The notes beneath the pieces are model-generated. The model had not been told where the DNA came from. It did not search any database and saw only the letters and a program-made list of their open reading frames with translations. DNA of 61,542 nucleotides, counting the filler, from a bacterium (GTDB lineage Bacteria; UBA9089; CG2-30-40-21; SBAY01), in the NCBI GenBank assembly GCA_040757115.1. It is 5 parts of 5 records of this genome, joined end to end, with 100 filler letters (N's around TTAATTAATTAA, not from the genome) between each part and the next. Parts side by side here need not be neighbours in the genome. Positions count along the whole stretch, not along the records: positions 37,609 to 49,871 come from JBFLYA010000119.1; 4 more parts are not named here. The stretch is one strand, 5' to 3'. Position 1 is the stretch's first letter; each line of letters begins with the position of its first letter. Positions 38,061-48,700 of the stretch are shown here, piece after piece. The position numbers and the translations under genes were made by a program.

Positions 38061-38246
38061 ATGTCTATAGTAGAAGAAAAAAGAAAAGAGGAACCTATTT
38101 ATGAACGATTAGGTCCAGATGAGTGTTTTATCCTGAATAAAAACGATGAAGGGATATTAGTAGTGTGTAATAAAGGTGGGAAACCTAAAATCCAACGTAT
38201 CACTATTCCCCCTAAAAGTGAAAGGAAAACAAAACCAAAGCAATGA
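38061..38246 (+). CDS. Small protein, putative antitoxin partner
   Basis: Strong RBS; ATGA overlap with a PIN gene. Confidence 0.55.
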   Translation: MSIVEEKRKEEPIYERLGPDECFILNKNDEGILVVCNKGGKPKIQRITIPPKSERKTKPKQ

Positions 38247-38674
38247 CAAATTATTTGTTTGACACAATGATATTAGTTGCGATTATATGCCAAAAGAAAG
38301 TGCCTGAAAAGTGGTATTGTATATGGCAACAGATACAAGAAAAAACAAAAAAGTTATTATTGTTTGAACCACTGATAGCTGAGGTTTTTTATCAATTGAT
38401 TAAAATAAAACAAGAACACTTTGTTAAGCAAGATATTTTAAAGATAAAAGGACTCCCTTGTACTTCCATAATTAAATTAGACGATAATCTTTCTTTTAAG
38501 GCAGGCAAAATTCATTACCAATCCCAAAATATTAGTTTGGTTGATGCTTTTTCACTCTGTATAGCAGAAAGATATAAAGCGATAATTTTTACAACAGATT
38601 ATTCCTTAAAAAAATCTGCAGAGAAATTAAATATCAAAACAAGTTATTTACCTAAAGAAGAATTAGGTTACTAA
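38243..38674 (+). CDS. PIN-domain protein
   Basis: LFDT...AEV...SLVDAF...TTD. Confidence 0.85.
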   Translation: MTNYLFDTMILVAIICQKKVPEKWYCIWQQIQEKTKKLLLFEPLIAEVFYQLIKIKQEHFVKQDILKIKGLPCTSIIKLDDNLSFKAGKIHYQSQNISLVDAFSLCIAERYKAIIFTTDYSLKKSAEKLNIKTSYLPKEELGY

Positions 38675-38707
38675 GGAGGCTTTGGGGTCTGACCCCACCA
38701 TCTTGCT

Positions 38708-41700
38708 ATGATAAAAAATGGTGAATTAAAAAAACTTTTTAATAAATTTGTGAAAAGCGAAGAATGGGAAAAAATTAAGAGTGTCATTCTGGACAAGATA
38801 GGCTCTACCTCTTGCTGGCTAATTGACATAGAAGGTCATTACAACTTTAAAAAACAGGATGATAAGAATTTTTGCCAGATGATTAAATCCACTCCCGGCG
38901 GGGCAAATAGATGTGAGAAGTCTTTCCTGTTCACCTTACAGCAGGCAAGACGGACTAAAATGCCTGTTTGTATTATGTGTGATGCGGGTCTATTAGGATT
39001 TGCCTGCCCAATATTAGTTGGGAAAGAAGTAGTTGGAACCATCGGCGGCTGTCAGATTGCTAACTCGGATGTGGGTTATTCAGCCTATCAAGAAATAGCC
39101 AGAAAGTTTAATCTCCCGGCAGATGATTTTATAACCATTCTTCAAAAAGAAGACCACCTTATCTCAATGGATGTCCTTGAAATAGAAGTAGAATTGATTA
39201 CCTTGCTGGCACAATCAGCCATAGAATTGGTTTTTAAACGCGAGCAGTTACTCGAAAGAGAAGAAGAAATAAAAGGAATATCCGAATCTTACCAATTATT
39301 TGGTTCAAATCGTGAATCTATCCTTAATCTCGGTAAGGAGAATATTTACTCTTTAATTGTTAATATGGTTGCCCGAGCTATGGGTGCGGAGATATGTTCA
39401 TTAATGTTAGTGGATGAAGATACTAAAGAATTAATAATGAAAGCCGCAGTGGGATTGGAAATACCTATTGTTTCGAAGACTAAAGTGAAAGCTGGCGAAG
39501 GCGTAGTGGGATATGTCATCAATACAGGTAAATCTTTATTAGTTGAGGATATTGACAATGACCCGCGTTTTACCAGAACTTTTCACTCAAATAGATATTA
39601 CACCAAATCACTTCTTACCTGTCCTTTGCGTGTTAAAGATGAAGTCGTAGGCGTGATTAGTGTTAATAATAAATATACCCACGGACCTTTTAATCAAAAG
39701 GACTTAGAACTATTGGAACAAATATCTCATCATATTAACCAGGCTTTGACGAACTTATCCCCATATCCTTCAGAAGAGGAAAAGATAAAAGAACTCAAAG
39801 CCGCCGAGGTCGCCCGATTACGCTCTGAGGCAGAACAATTAGAATTACTTTGTAATGTTAAACGAGAAGAGATAAAGGAACTTGAACGCCAGGCAGAGGA
39901 ATCGGGCAAAGCCAGAGTTCAACCTCCAGAAGAATTACTCACACAGATTGAAGAACAAAAGACAGTGCTCGAGGAATTAAATAAAAAAATAGCGAGTTAT
40001 GAGGAAGAATTAACCAGAAGACCTAAACTTGAAGAAATGAATGAGATAAAGATTAAACTTGAGGCAGACGCATTAAAACTAAAAGATTATGAAACTGAGA
40101 TAGGAAAATTAAACGCAACCATTGCTGAAATAACCACAAGACCCCAAATAGAAGATATTGAGATGCTTCGAGCCCAGTCAATAATCGCCGAAGAGGCTAA
40201 ATTAGCCAGCGAAGAATTGAAGGCTAAACTGGAAGAAGAATCTATGAAGTCCCAACTCCAGGTTGAAGAAATAGAGAGATTAAAAGCCGAACTTGAGTCG
40301 ATGAAAGAATCTGTCTCGAGAGCAGAAGAGTATAAAGTCAAGGCTGAGGCTGAAAATTTGAAGGTTTTAGCCCTGACAGAGCAAATTCAAGAATTTACAA
40401 CTCAAGTTGGTGAGATGGAAATGCTTAAATCACAAGTAACGGAATTGAAGGAAAAGGTTAAGGTTGAATTGCCGGCTGGTGTTGAACCAAAAGACTTCGA
40501 AGCATATTCCAGGTCATTAAAAACTAAATTAGAGGCTGAAGAAACAAAGACAAAAACCTTGACTGCCCAGATAAATGAACTTAAGACACAAATCCAGGAC
40601 CAACGACTAAAAAGACAGATAGAGGAATTAGAGAGGTTAAAAAAAGAACGTTCGACTTTAGAACAATTACGGGCTCAAACCGCTTTAATTACAGAGTTAA
40701 GGGTTGAGGCAGAAAAGGCAAAAGAAAAAACAAGAACGGAACATACGGAGTTAGAAGAGTTGAAGGCTCAGCAGGCAAAGTTAAACCTTTTGTATCAGGT
40801 TAAGCAAGAGATTAAAGAGACATTACGCCAGGAGGCAGAGGCAAAAAGAGCTGAGGATACCAAAGGACAAACTGAAGCACAAGAAAGATTAAAAGAATTA
40901 CGCGCCCAGGCTGAAGAATTAGAAAAACTTCGCGCCCAAACACGAGAACTTAATTTCTTATTCCGTATGACTAAAGAATTATCTCAAATGATGGAAAAGG
41001 AAAAAATTCTTGAATTAATCCTCAATGAAACATATACATATCTTGATTATCATCTGGGCGCCTATCTGATTATAAAAGATGAAAAACTTCAGGGAATCCT
41101 GCGACGAAATTGTCAGGTTAATGAAAAAATAATCGAAGATTTAAAGCAAAAGATGTTAAATCAATGGCTACAATGGAATCCACGACGCAAAAAGGATGCA
41201 AAAAGACTAATTTCTCTGGAGGTTATTGGTGAGGTAGTAAAATCTGTCTCTCAACAAGAGGACCGTCTCCCTGCCTTCATCAGTGCTCCGATTAAAGAAG
41301 GAAATAAAATTATTGGCATCCTGAGTGTTTGTAGTTTTACTAAAGATGAGTTTTCTCCAATAGAAAAAAGACTCCTGACCATCATTGGCGACCAAATATC
41401 TGTTGCCTTAGAGCGGGGTAGATTATTTGGCGAAATGAAGGATTCTGCAGAACGGGATGAATTAACTAAAGTCTATAATTTTAGATATTTTGAGAAGTTT
41501 TTTGATAAAGAATATGAGTTAGCCCTGCGATATAATCAACCACTTTCTTTAATCGTCTTAGATTTTGACCATTTGAAATACTTTAATGATACTTATGGGC
41601 ATCAGGCAGGAAATCGGTTGATAAAGATTATTGCTCAATTAATCCAGCGTAAAGTTCGCAAGACAGACTGGGTAACAAGATTTGGCGGTGATGAGTTCAC

Positions 41701-42025
41701 CATTGTTTTGCCGCAAACAAGTCAATCTGCGGCAATGTTGGTCGCAGAAAAAATACGCAGTGAAATTGCCAAACACCAGATGGTATTTGAAGGTAAATCT
41801 TTCAATTTAACTGCCAGTCTGGGGGTATCGACCTGCTATAAAGAAGACGATAAGTCATTTAATGCCAAGATGTTAGTTTCAAGGGCAGACCAGGCACTTT
41901 ATTGGGCAAAGGAAGCTGGTAGAAACCGCGTCTGCCTGTATCAAACCGGTATGGAACAAAAACCCATCAAACCCCACTATCAATGGAAAGATGTCATCCT
42001 CGCCCTGATGAGACCTTTATCTTAA
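38708..42025 (+). CDS. Diguanylate cyclase: PocR-GAF-long coiled coil-GAF-GGDEF
   Basis: PocR cysteines (FC...C...CDAGL), GAF, RKTD I-site, RFGGDEF. Confidence 0.9.
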   Translation: MIKNGELKKLFNKFVKSEEWEKIKSVILDKIGSTSCWLIDIEGHYNFKKQDDKNFCQMIKSTPGGANRCEKSFLFTLQQARRTKMPVCIMCDAGLLGFACPILVGKEVVGTIGGCQIANSDVGYSAYQEIARKFNLPADDFITILQKEDHLISMDVLEIEVELITLLAQSAIELVFKREQLLEREEEIKGISESYQLFGSNRESILNLGKENIYSLIVNMVARAMGAEICSLMLVDEDTKELIMKAAVGLEIPIVSKTKVKAGEGVVGYVINTGKSLLVEDIDNDPRFTRTFHSNRYYTKSLLTCPLRVKDEVVGVISVNNKYTHGPFNQKDLELLEQISHHINQALTNLSPYPSEEEKIKELKAAEVARLRSEAEQLELLCNVKREEIKELERQAEESGKARVQPPEELLTQIEEQKTVLEELNKKIASYEEELTRRPKLEEMNEIKIKLEADALKLKDYETEIGKLNATIAEITTRPQIEDIEMLRAQSIIAEEAKLASEELKAKLEEESMKSQLQVEEIERLKAELESMKESVSRAEEYKVKAEAENLKVLALTEQIQEFTTQVGEMEMLKSQVTELKEKVKVELPAGVEPKDFEAYSRSLKTKLEAEETKTKTLTAQINELKTQIQDQRLKRQIEELERLKKERSTLEQLRAQTALITELRVEAEKAKEKTRTEHTELEELKAQQAKLNLLYQVKQEIKETLRQEAEAKRAEDTKGQTEAQERLKELRAQAEELEKLRAQTRELNFLFRMTKELSQMMEKEKILELILNETYTYLDYHLGAYLIIKDEKLQGILRRNCQVNEKIIEDLKQKMLNQWLQWNPRRKKDAKRLISLEVIGEVVKSVSQQEDRLPAFISAPIKEGNKIIGILSVCSFTKDEFSPIEKRLLTIIGDQISVALERGRLFGEMKDSAERDELTKVYNFRYFEKFFDKEYELALRYNQPLSLIVLDFDHLKYFNDTYGHQAGNRLIKIIAQLIQRKVRKTDWVTRFGGDEFTIVLPQTSQSAAMLVAEKIRSEIAKHQMVFEGKSFNLTASLGVSTCYKEDDKSFNAKMLVSRADQALYWAKEAGRNRVCLYQTGMEQKPIKPHYQWKDVILALMRPLS

Positions 42026-42378
42026 TTTGTCCGTAACCGTTCAGGTAGTCCTTTACCGCAGAGACGCAGAGAAACCAGAGAGGAAAATATCTTTTTTTTC
42101 GCGTTTTTCGGTGTTTAAAGGTGGTGTCTGAAAATAACGCTAATAGTGAAATCTATGCAGATTTGGTGTCCAAAAGGGGATAAGGAGATAAAGGAAGATA
42201 TGGAGATTATTCATTGTCCTTTCCAAAATTTTAGAATGAATTTATCTCCTAATCTCCATAATCCCCATATCTCCTTTTCTTACACTATGTTAACCTTTAT
42301 GCTAGTGCTCCGTCGCTGATAATTTGATAGATTGTTTTTCTACCTGTTATTCCCGCACAAGCGGGAATCCAAATTTTA

Positions 42379-42615
42379 GTAAGCGTTCAGGTGGTGTAAC
42401 AAAAGGAGATGTGGAGATTAAGGAGATAGGGAGATATTATTAAAAAAATTGAAATTAATAGAAACTAATAGAAATTTATGGAAATTTGTTGTTTTCCACA
42501 ATCAATTTCTACCTATTTCTATAAATTTCAATCTATTTCTATTATCTTATCTCCATATCACTCTTATCTCCTTATCCCCTTTCTTACACTTTTGATATAT
42601 AGCCTGAACGGTTAC
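42379..42615. mobile_element. 237-bp IS66-type MITE
   Basis: GTAAGCGTTCAGG...CCTGAACGGTTAC; apparently identical copy at 59186-59422. Confidence 0.9.
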
Positions 42616-42681
42616 TAATTCTTGGTATAGTGATTTTCAACCAGCATAAGGACATCTGGGATAATTTTAACCTTTGGTTAT

Positions 42682-42891
42682 ATGGTTATTCCTGCTCTAA
42701 GTGCTCTTATAGCAGTGAGGAATCTCAAAAAGGCATTCTTAATCTCGGTAATCTTTGGGTTAATAGCGACCCTCTTGGGATTGCATCTCTCCTTCCTATT
42801 AGATTTACCTTCAGGACCAACTATTGTAACTGTTTTATGTATCTTATTAGCGTTGAGTTGGTTAAGCAAGAAAGATTCGTTTTTTATATGA
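42682..42891 (+). pseudogene. C-terminal remnant of a ZnuB-like metal ABC permease
   Basis: VIPA...GLHLSFLLDLPSGPTIV; the 5' part is replaced by MITEs. Confidence 0.7.
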
Positions 42892-43006
42892 GCATTACCA
42901 CCACATCTGGTGTCCATAGCAGTTCGCCAACTGCTCAAAAAATGCTTAAGTCAGTGCCATTCGAACGCTCCCCTATTTATTACATGCACCCAAAATAAAA
43001 AAATAT

Positions 43007-43059
43007 TTGACAAAATGAATGCTTTCTGTTACAATTCTAATTGAGATTAAATCTTAATT
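43007..43059 (+). promoter_or_regulatory. Promoter with an adjacent Fur-box-like palindrome
   Basis: TTGACA-17 bp-TACAAT; AATTGAGATTAAATCTTAATT at 43039-43059, upstream of fur-feoAB. Confidence 0.7.
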
Positions 43060-43075
43060 ACAATTGAGGATTAAA

Positions 43076-43501
43076 ATGAGCACCAAAGAAAAAGTTTTTA
43101 GGGATTATTTAAAACAAAAGGGACTAAAATTTACCCCTGAGCGTCAATTAGTTCTAAAATATGCCTTTGAAATCCATAGTCATTTTGAGGCAGAAGACCT
43201 GTTTCTCAAGATAAGAAAAAGTGGCAATAGGGTTTCTAAAGGCACCATTTATAGAACCTTGCCTTTATTAATCGATTGTAACCTTATTAGAACCGTAGAA
43301 TTTGTTGAGCAGCATTTACATTATGAACATGTCCTGGGACATAAACATCATGAGCATTTAGTCTGTTTGAAATGTGGTCAGGTTATTGAGTTTTACAATG
43401 GTATCATTGAAGATGAATTAGAAAGGATATGCAGTAAAAATAAATTTAGATTAAACGGTCACAAGATAGAAGCTACTGGCTATTGTGAAAAGTGCCAATA
43501 A
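43076..43501 (+). CDS. fur: Fur-family regulator
   Basis: TIYRTL, HHEHLVCLKCG, CEKC. Confidence 0.9.
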   Translation: MSTKEKVFRDYLKQKGLKFTPERQLVLKYAFEIHSHFEAEDLFLKIRKSGNRVSKGTIYRTLPLLIDCNLIRTVEFVEQHLHYEHVLGHKHHEHLVCLKCGQVIEFYNGIIEDELERICSKNKFRLNGHKIEATGYCEKCQ

Positions 43502-43504
43502 AGG

Positions 43505-43867
43505 GTACGTGTTTAGCGTGTTCCAAATTGCGTTGATTTGAGAAGTAACTCTTTGTTAAACAATAGGATACCGGTGCGAAATATTCCACAAGGAGTTTAA
43601 TGCAAATATCAAAATGTAAAAATCAAAAGGACAAAGCAAAATGCAAAAATACTTGTAAGGCAATATAAAAAATCAAATATTAAATATTAAAAATCAAAAA
43701 TAAGAATAAAAGAATTCCTTAATTTTGATATTTGCTCTTTGATTTTTGATATGATATTTGATATGTCATTTTGCATTTTTTGTATTACACAACTTGTTGT
43801 GTTTGAAGTGGTTTCGCACTAAGTCAGTACCATTCATTTGTGCTCTCTGAGCACGCTAAACAGGTAC
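43505..43867. mobile_element. GTA-ended MITE between fur and feoA
   Basis: GTACGTGTTTAGCGTG/CACGCTAAACAGGTAC; homologous to the 22093 element. Confidence 0.85.
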
Positions 43868-43886
43868 AATATAAGGAGGGTATTTT

Positions 43887-44159
43887 ATGTGGAAAAGAAT
43901 CTTTCTTGTTCAGATGGAGATAGGAGAAAGAGGAAGAATAATAGAGATTCAGGGCGGAGCAAGAATGAGTTTAAGATTAGAGAATTTGGGAATTAGAGTT
44001 GGTGAAGAGATAAAAAAGATAAGTCAACAAGCGATGCGTGGTCCAGCGGTAGTTGAGGCAGGAAAAAGCCAGGTAGCAATTGGATTTGGGATAGCATCAA
44101 GGATATTGGTAGAAGTAGAGGAGGGGAAAGAAATCAATGAAAATTCTTCTAATGGGTAA
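43887..44159 (+). CDS. feoA: Ferrous iron transport protein A
   Basis: RLENLGIRVG...GP...VAIG, upstream of feoB. Confidence 0.9.
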   Translation: MWKRIFLVQMEIGERGRIIEIQGGARMSLRLENLGIRVGEEIKKISQQAMRGPAVVEAGKSQVAIGFGIASRILVEVEEGKEINENSSNG

Positions 44160-45867
44160 TCCCAATGTAGGTAAAAGTGTAGTTTTTTCAAGACTTACCG
44201 GTGTTCATGTCATTACCTCTAATTATCCTGGCACTACCGTAGAATTTACTAAAGGCGTTATGCATCTACCAGAGGAATTAGGGTTTAGTGGAGAGACGGC
44301 TGAGGTTATCGATGTGCCGGGAGTGTATTCTTTAGAGCCTATCTCCAGAGCCGAAGAGGTTGCTATTGAGATGCTTAAGGAAGGGGATATGGTTATCAAT
44401 GTGGTTAACGCCACCAATCTTGAAAGGAGTTTGAATCTCACACTTCAATTGCTTAAAAAGAGAATTCCTATCATTGTTGCCCTCAACCTCTGGGATGAAG
44501 CCCAGCATACCGGGATAAAGATTAATGTGGAAAAACTCGAACAATCACTTGGAGTTCCTTGCATTCCTACCTGTGCCATAACTGGCGAGGGGTTTAAAGA
44601 ATTGGTATCCAAAATAAAAGAAGCAAAGATAGCAGAGTATGACTATGAGGAGGTAGAGAGATGGCATGAGGTTGGTAATATTACTGCCAGGGTAGAAGAA
44701 ATAAGCCATCGGCATCATATGTTTAGAGAAAGACTACAAGACGCCTCAATATCTTTCTGGACAGGCATCCCCATAGCATTAATAGTCCTCTTTGCCACAT
44801 TCCAGATAATTAGATTTATTGGTGAGGGATTGATAGGTTATGTATGTGAGCCATTTTTTGAGAATTTATGGGCGCCATTGATCTTAAAACTCTCAAATAT
44901 TTTAGGTGGTGATAGATTCATTCACAACATATTGATTGGTAGATTGGCAGATGGGAAGGTAGATTTTGGCGAGTCATTTGGACTTCTTACCACCGGGCTT
45001 TATGTTGAGTTTGGGGCAGTGCTTCCCTATGTTTTTGCCTTCTATCTTATTCTCTCTTTCTTAGAGGATTCAGGTTATTTGCCCAGGTTAGCCGTGTTAG
45101 TTGATAACATTATGCACCGTTTAGGATTGCACGGCATGGCAATAATCCCAATGATGCTTGGCTTTGGGTGTAATGTGCCAGGTGTTTTAGCCACAAGAAT
45201 TATGGAGACAAAGCGAGAAAGGTTTATTGCCGCAACATTAATGGCTATTGCTATCCCTTGTATGGCAAAAACAGCAATGCTCATTGGACTGATAGGCAAA
45301 TATGGAGCATTGGGTTTAGGGATAGTATTTGGCACACTGTTTATTGTTTTAATTATTTCTGGAGTGTTCTTAAACAAAATTACAAAAGGTGAATCAATGG
45401 AGATATTTCTTGAAATACCTCCATATCGATTTCCATATTTTCGACTGTTGGTAAAAAAAATCTGGATGAGAATCTGGTGGTTTATTCGAGAAGCAACCCC
45501 CTGGTTATTATTGGGCGTATTGATTGCCAATATATTGTATGCCTTTAGAATAATTGATGTTGTTGGAAATTTCACTGCCCCTCTAATTTCAGGAGTTTTT
45601 GGTTTGCCTGAGGAAGCGGTTGGTGCCCTTTTGCTTGGGTTTTTGCGAAAGGATGTCGCGGTAGGAATGCTTATTCCATTAAATCTTACATTTTCTCAAA
45701 CGGTCGTTGCCGCTGTGGTCCTGGGTATGTATTTTCCCTGTGTGGCTACCTTTGCTATCATGGTAAAGGAACTTGGGGTAACAGGCATGCTCAGAGCTAC
45801 AATATTCATGATTATTTCTACCTTGCTGGTAGGTGGAATACTTAATTTGGTGATTGGTAAATGGTAA
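44137..45867 (+). CDS. feoB: Ferrous iron transport protein B
   Basis: GNPNVGKS, NYPGTTV, DVPG, LEDSGYLPR, GFGCNVP. Confidence 0.95.
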   Translation: MKILLMGNPNVGKSVVFSRLTGVHVITSNYPGTTVEFTKGVMHLPEELGFSGETAEVIDVPGVYSLEPISRAEEVAIEMLKEGDMVINVVNATNLERSLNLTLQLLKKRIPIIVALNLWDEAQHTGIKINVEKLEQSLGVPCIPTCAITGEGFKELVSKIKEAKIAEYDYEEVERWHEVGNITARVEEISHRHHMFRERLQDASISFWTGIPIALIVLFATFQIIRFIGEGLIGYVCEPFFENLWAPLILKLSNILGGDRFIHNILIGRLADGKVDFGESFGLLTTGLYVEFGAVLPYVFAFYLILSFLEDSGYLPRLAVLVDNIMHRLGLHGMAIIPMMLGFGCNVPGVLATRIMETKRERFIAATLMAIAIPCMAKTAMLIGLIGKYGALGLGIVFGTLFIVLIISGVFLNKITKGESMEIFLEIPPYRFPYFRLLVKKIWMRIWWFIREATPWLLLGVLIANILYAFRIIDVVGNFTAPLISGVFGLPEEAVGALLLGFLRKDVAVGMLIPLNLTFSQTVVAAVVLGMYFPCVATFAIMVKELGVTGMLRATIFMIISTLLVGGILNLVIGKW

Positions 45868-45891
45868 TCATTTACAAAAATGTGTGTCCTC

Positions 45892-46932
45892 TTATTCCCG
45901 AATCATGTTAGTCAAGTCAAATGTTGTCTTCAAGATTCTTTCGGTAATATCTTCAGATAAAGAACCCATTCCACAACTTGGTGTGATAAATAGATTTTTT
46001 AATAATAGGTCTTTTGGAATATCCTGACTGACTAACTTACTGGCTAAAAGCTCTATCCCTTCGTTGAATCTTCTAAATAAAGGATGAACATTCTCATTCA
46101 GAATTTCTTCAGAACTTGGAACAATTCCCCAGGCAAGCATTCCCCCTCTATTTAAAAATACGGTTAATTCTTCCGGGTATAAAGCAAGATTCAAAATGAA
46201 CTCGTAGGCATCAAAATTAACAATATCTACGCTTGTTTCCATAAGCACTGACCAATCGGTATTACCACAGCAATGAATACCAACTAAGGCATTACTATTT
46301 TCTTTAATAGTTTTAATTACTTCATTTAAAGAAGAAACTATTGTTTCCTTACTTAAACTAATATAGGCAGAACCAAAGGCAGATAAATATGGTTCATCAA
46401 TGAAGATGATTATTGGTAGATTCAGGTCTTTAAGTTTTGTGATTTGCCAGACTGATTTCATTGCCAATCCCTTAATTATCGTGTCAAATAATTGCTCATT
46501 ATAGATAATTGCCCTTTTTGTTTCATCAGGAACCGTCAAACCAAAACTAATAGGTCCGGTGATTTGTCCTTTGATAAATTTAATTCCGGCAGGCATCTGT
46601 TTTTTTAAATACCCGAGCATAGCATAAAATCCCGCCGCATAATCCTCGCCTATTTTAAAATACTCTATTTCCTTATCAAGATAGTTTTGATAGAATTTTT
46701 CTAATTGGGATTCTACATCTTTAGTTGTATCGAAGAAAATCCTCTGGTTTTCTTCATCCCATATCAGACAGGGCAAATTCTCACTATATTGGAGATACAT
46801 ATTTTCTTTAAAAGACAACTGTGGTAATTGGGGCCAGATAGGCACATCTGGCAGGTTATCTAATATGAGCGTGATAGTTTTTTCAATATCTCTATGTGGC
46901 AGACTGCCAATAGCTGTGGCAAAACAATTCAT
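45892..46932 (-). CDS. Core (MetE C-terminal-like) methionine synthase family protein
   Basis: IGSLPH, KGQITGP, IDEP, GIHCCG, ITPSCG. Confidence 0.8.
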   Translation of the reverse strand: MNCFATAIGSLPHRDIEKTITLILDNLPDVPIWPQLPQLSFKENMYLQYSENLPCLIWDEENQRIFFDTTKDVESQLEKFYQNYLDKEIEYFKIGEDYAAGFYAMLGYLKKQMPAGIKFIKGQITGPISFGLTVPDETKRAIIYNEQLFDTIIKGLAMKSVWQITKLKDLNLPIIIFIDEPYLSAFGSAYISLSKETIVSSLNEVIKTIKENSNALVGIHCCGNTDWSVLMETSVDIVNFDAYEFILNLALYPEELTVFLNRGGMLAWGIVPSSEEILNENVHPLFRRFNEGIELLASKLVSQDIPKDLLLKNLFITPSCGMGSLSEDITERILKTTFDLTNMIRE

Positions 46933-47267
46933 TTTGCTTCCCTCCTTTTCATTTGGTAATTGGTGAATGGTAATTAGTTAAATGGTTTCGTCGTGAGCTC
47001 AGCCGAATGGTATTTAATTACCAACAGTTACCAGAATCAAATTCCGCGTCTTATTTGTTCAACACTTTTATTATACCAAAGTCTTCAATTAAATGCAAGA
47101 AAAAAAGTAAAATGGCTGGGTGTAATAATTTTTTTAACAAATTTCTCTTGAAAAATTATATCATAAATGTTATAATAATAGGGCTTTACGAAATTAAAAG
47201 TAAGTAATCGGTTAATTGGTAACTAATTACCAGTTACCATTTACCAAATATAAGGAGTTGTCCCAAA

Positions 47268-48563
47268 ATGATAGAACGATATACATTACCACAAATGGCA
47301 GGTATCTGGACATTGGAAAATAGATACCAAAAAATTCTTGATGTTGAGATTTGTGCCTGCGAGGCACAGGCAGAATTAGGATATATTCCAGAGGAAGCAG
47401 TTAGGGTCATAAAAGAGAAGGCAAAATTTGATGTCAAACGAGTCCAGGAGATAGAAAAAACAACCCAGCATGATGTTATTGCTTTGTTAACCAATGTCGC
47501 TGAGTATGTTGGAGAAGAATCACGATTTATTCATTTTGGGCTTACTTCTTATGATGTGGTTGATACTGGATTATCTCTGATGATAATAGAGGCTCTTGGT
47601 ATTATCGAAGATGACTTAATAAAATTAAGTGAAACATTATTCGCCGGGGCGATAAAATATAAAAAAACCATAATGATAGGTCGCACTCATGGAGCCCATG
47701 CGGAACCTATTACCTTTGGTTTAAAATTAGCCTTATGGTATAAAGAGACTCAACGCAATCTACTCAGAATTAGAGAGGCAAAGGAATGTATCAGGGTGGG
47801 TAAACTATCCGGTGCCGTGGGCACATACTCCCAGATTGACCCAAAGGTAGAAGAATATGTTTGTCATAAACTTGGATTAACACCAGCAGAAGTTTCAACT
47901 CAAGTTATTCAACGAGACCGACATGCCCAGGTTTTGACGACATTAGCCATCATTGCCTCATCATTAGATAAATTTGCTACAGAGATTAGAAATCTGGCAC
48001 GCACAGATATACGAGAGGTAGAGGAGGCTTTTGGAGAGGGACAAAAAGGTTCTTCCGCGATGCCGCATAAACGCAATCCCATTACTTGCGAGCGAATTTC
48101 TGGGTTAGCCCGAATTGTCCGAGCAAACGCCCTCGCCTCATTAGAAAATATCCCGCTGTGGCATGAACGCGATATCACTCATTCCTCAGTTGAACGAATA
48201 ATCCTGCCTGATTCCTTTACCTTAGTCAACTATATGCTGGTTAAATTCAGGGATGTGGTTAAAAATTTAGTCATTTATCCTGAAAATATGCGGAAAAATA
48301 TTGACAAAACGCATGGCTTAATTCACTCTCAACGGGTTTTATTAGCATTGGCATACAAAGGACTCTCAAGAGAAAACGCATATAAATTAGTCCAGCGAAA
48401 TGCGATGAAGTCTTTGGATGAAGGAATTGAATTTAAAGATTTGCTTAAAAAAGACCGCGAAATATTAAAGGTTTTGAAGGCTAAAGAAATAGAGGCTTGC
48501 TTTGATTTAGGCTATTTTATTCGACATATTGATTATATCTTTGAGAGATTAGAAATATCGTAA
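47268..48563 (+). CDS. purB: Adenylosuccinate lyase
   Basis: GRTHG and GSSAMPHKRNP. Confidence 0.97.
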   Translation: MIERYTLPQMAGIWTLENRYQKILDVEICACEAQAELGYIPEEAVRVIKEKAKFDVKRVQEIEKTTQHDVIALLTNVAEYVGEESRFIHFGLTSYDVVDTGLSLMIIEALGIIEDDLIKLSETLFAGAIKYKKTIMIGRTHGAHAEPITFGLKLALWYKETQRNLLRIREAKECIRVGKLSGAVGTYSQIDPKVEEYVCHKLGLTPAEVSTQVIQRDRHAQVLTTLAIIASSLDKFATEIRNLARTDIREVEEAFGEGQKGSSAMPHKRNPITCERISGLARIVRANALASLENIPLWHERDITHSSVERIILPDSFTLVNYMLVKFRDVVKNLVIYPENMRKNIDKTHGLIHSQRVLLALAYKGLSRENAYKLVQRNAMKSLDEGIEFKDLLKKDREILKVLKAKEIEACFDLGYFIRHIDYIFERLEIS

Positions 48564-48700
48564 CCGTTCAGGTAGTCCTTTACCGCAGAGACGCAGAGGA
48601 ACAGAGAAGACATAGAAATAAAGTAACTATTCAGCCATTGATTAACACGGATTAGCACGGATAAAAAAATAAAATCAGTATTTCATCTGTGTCCCTCTAA

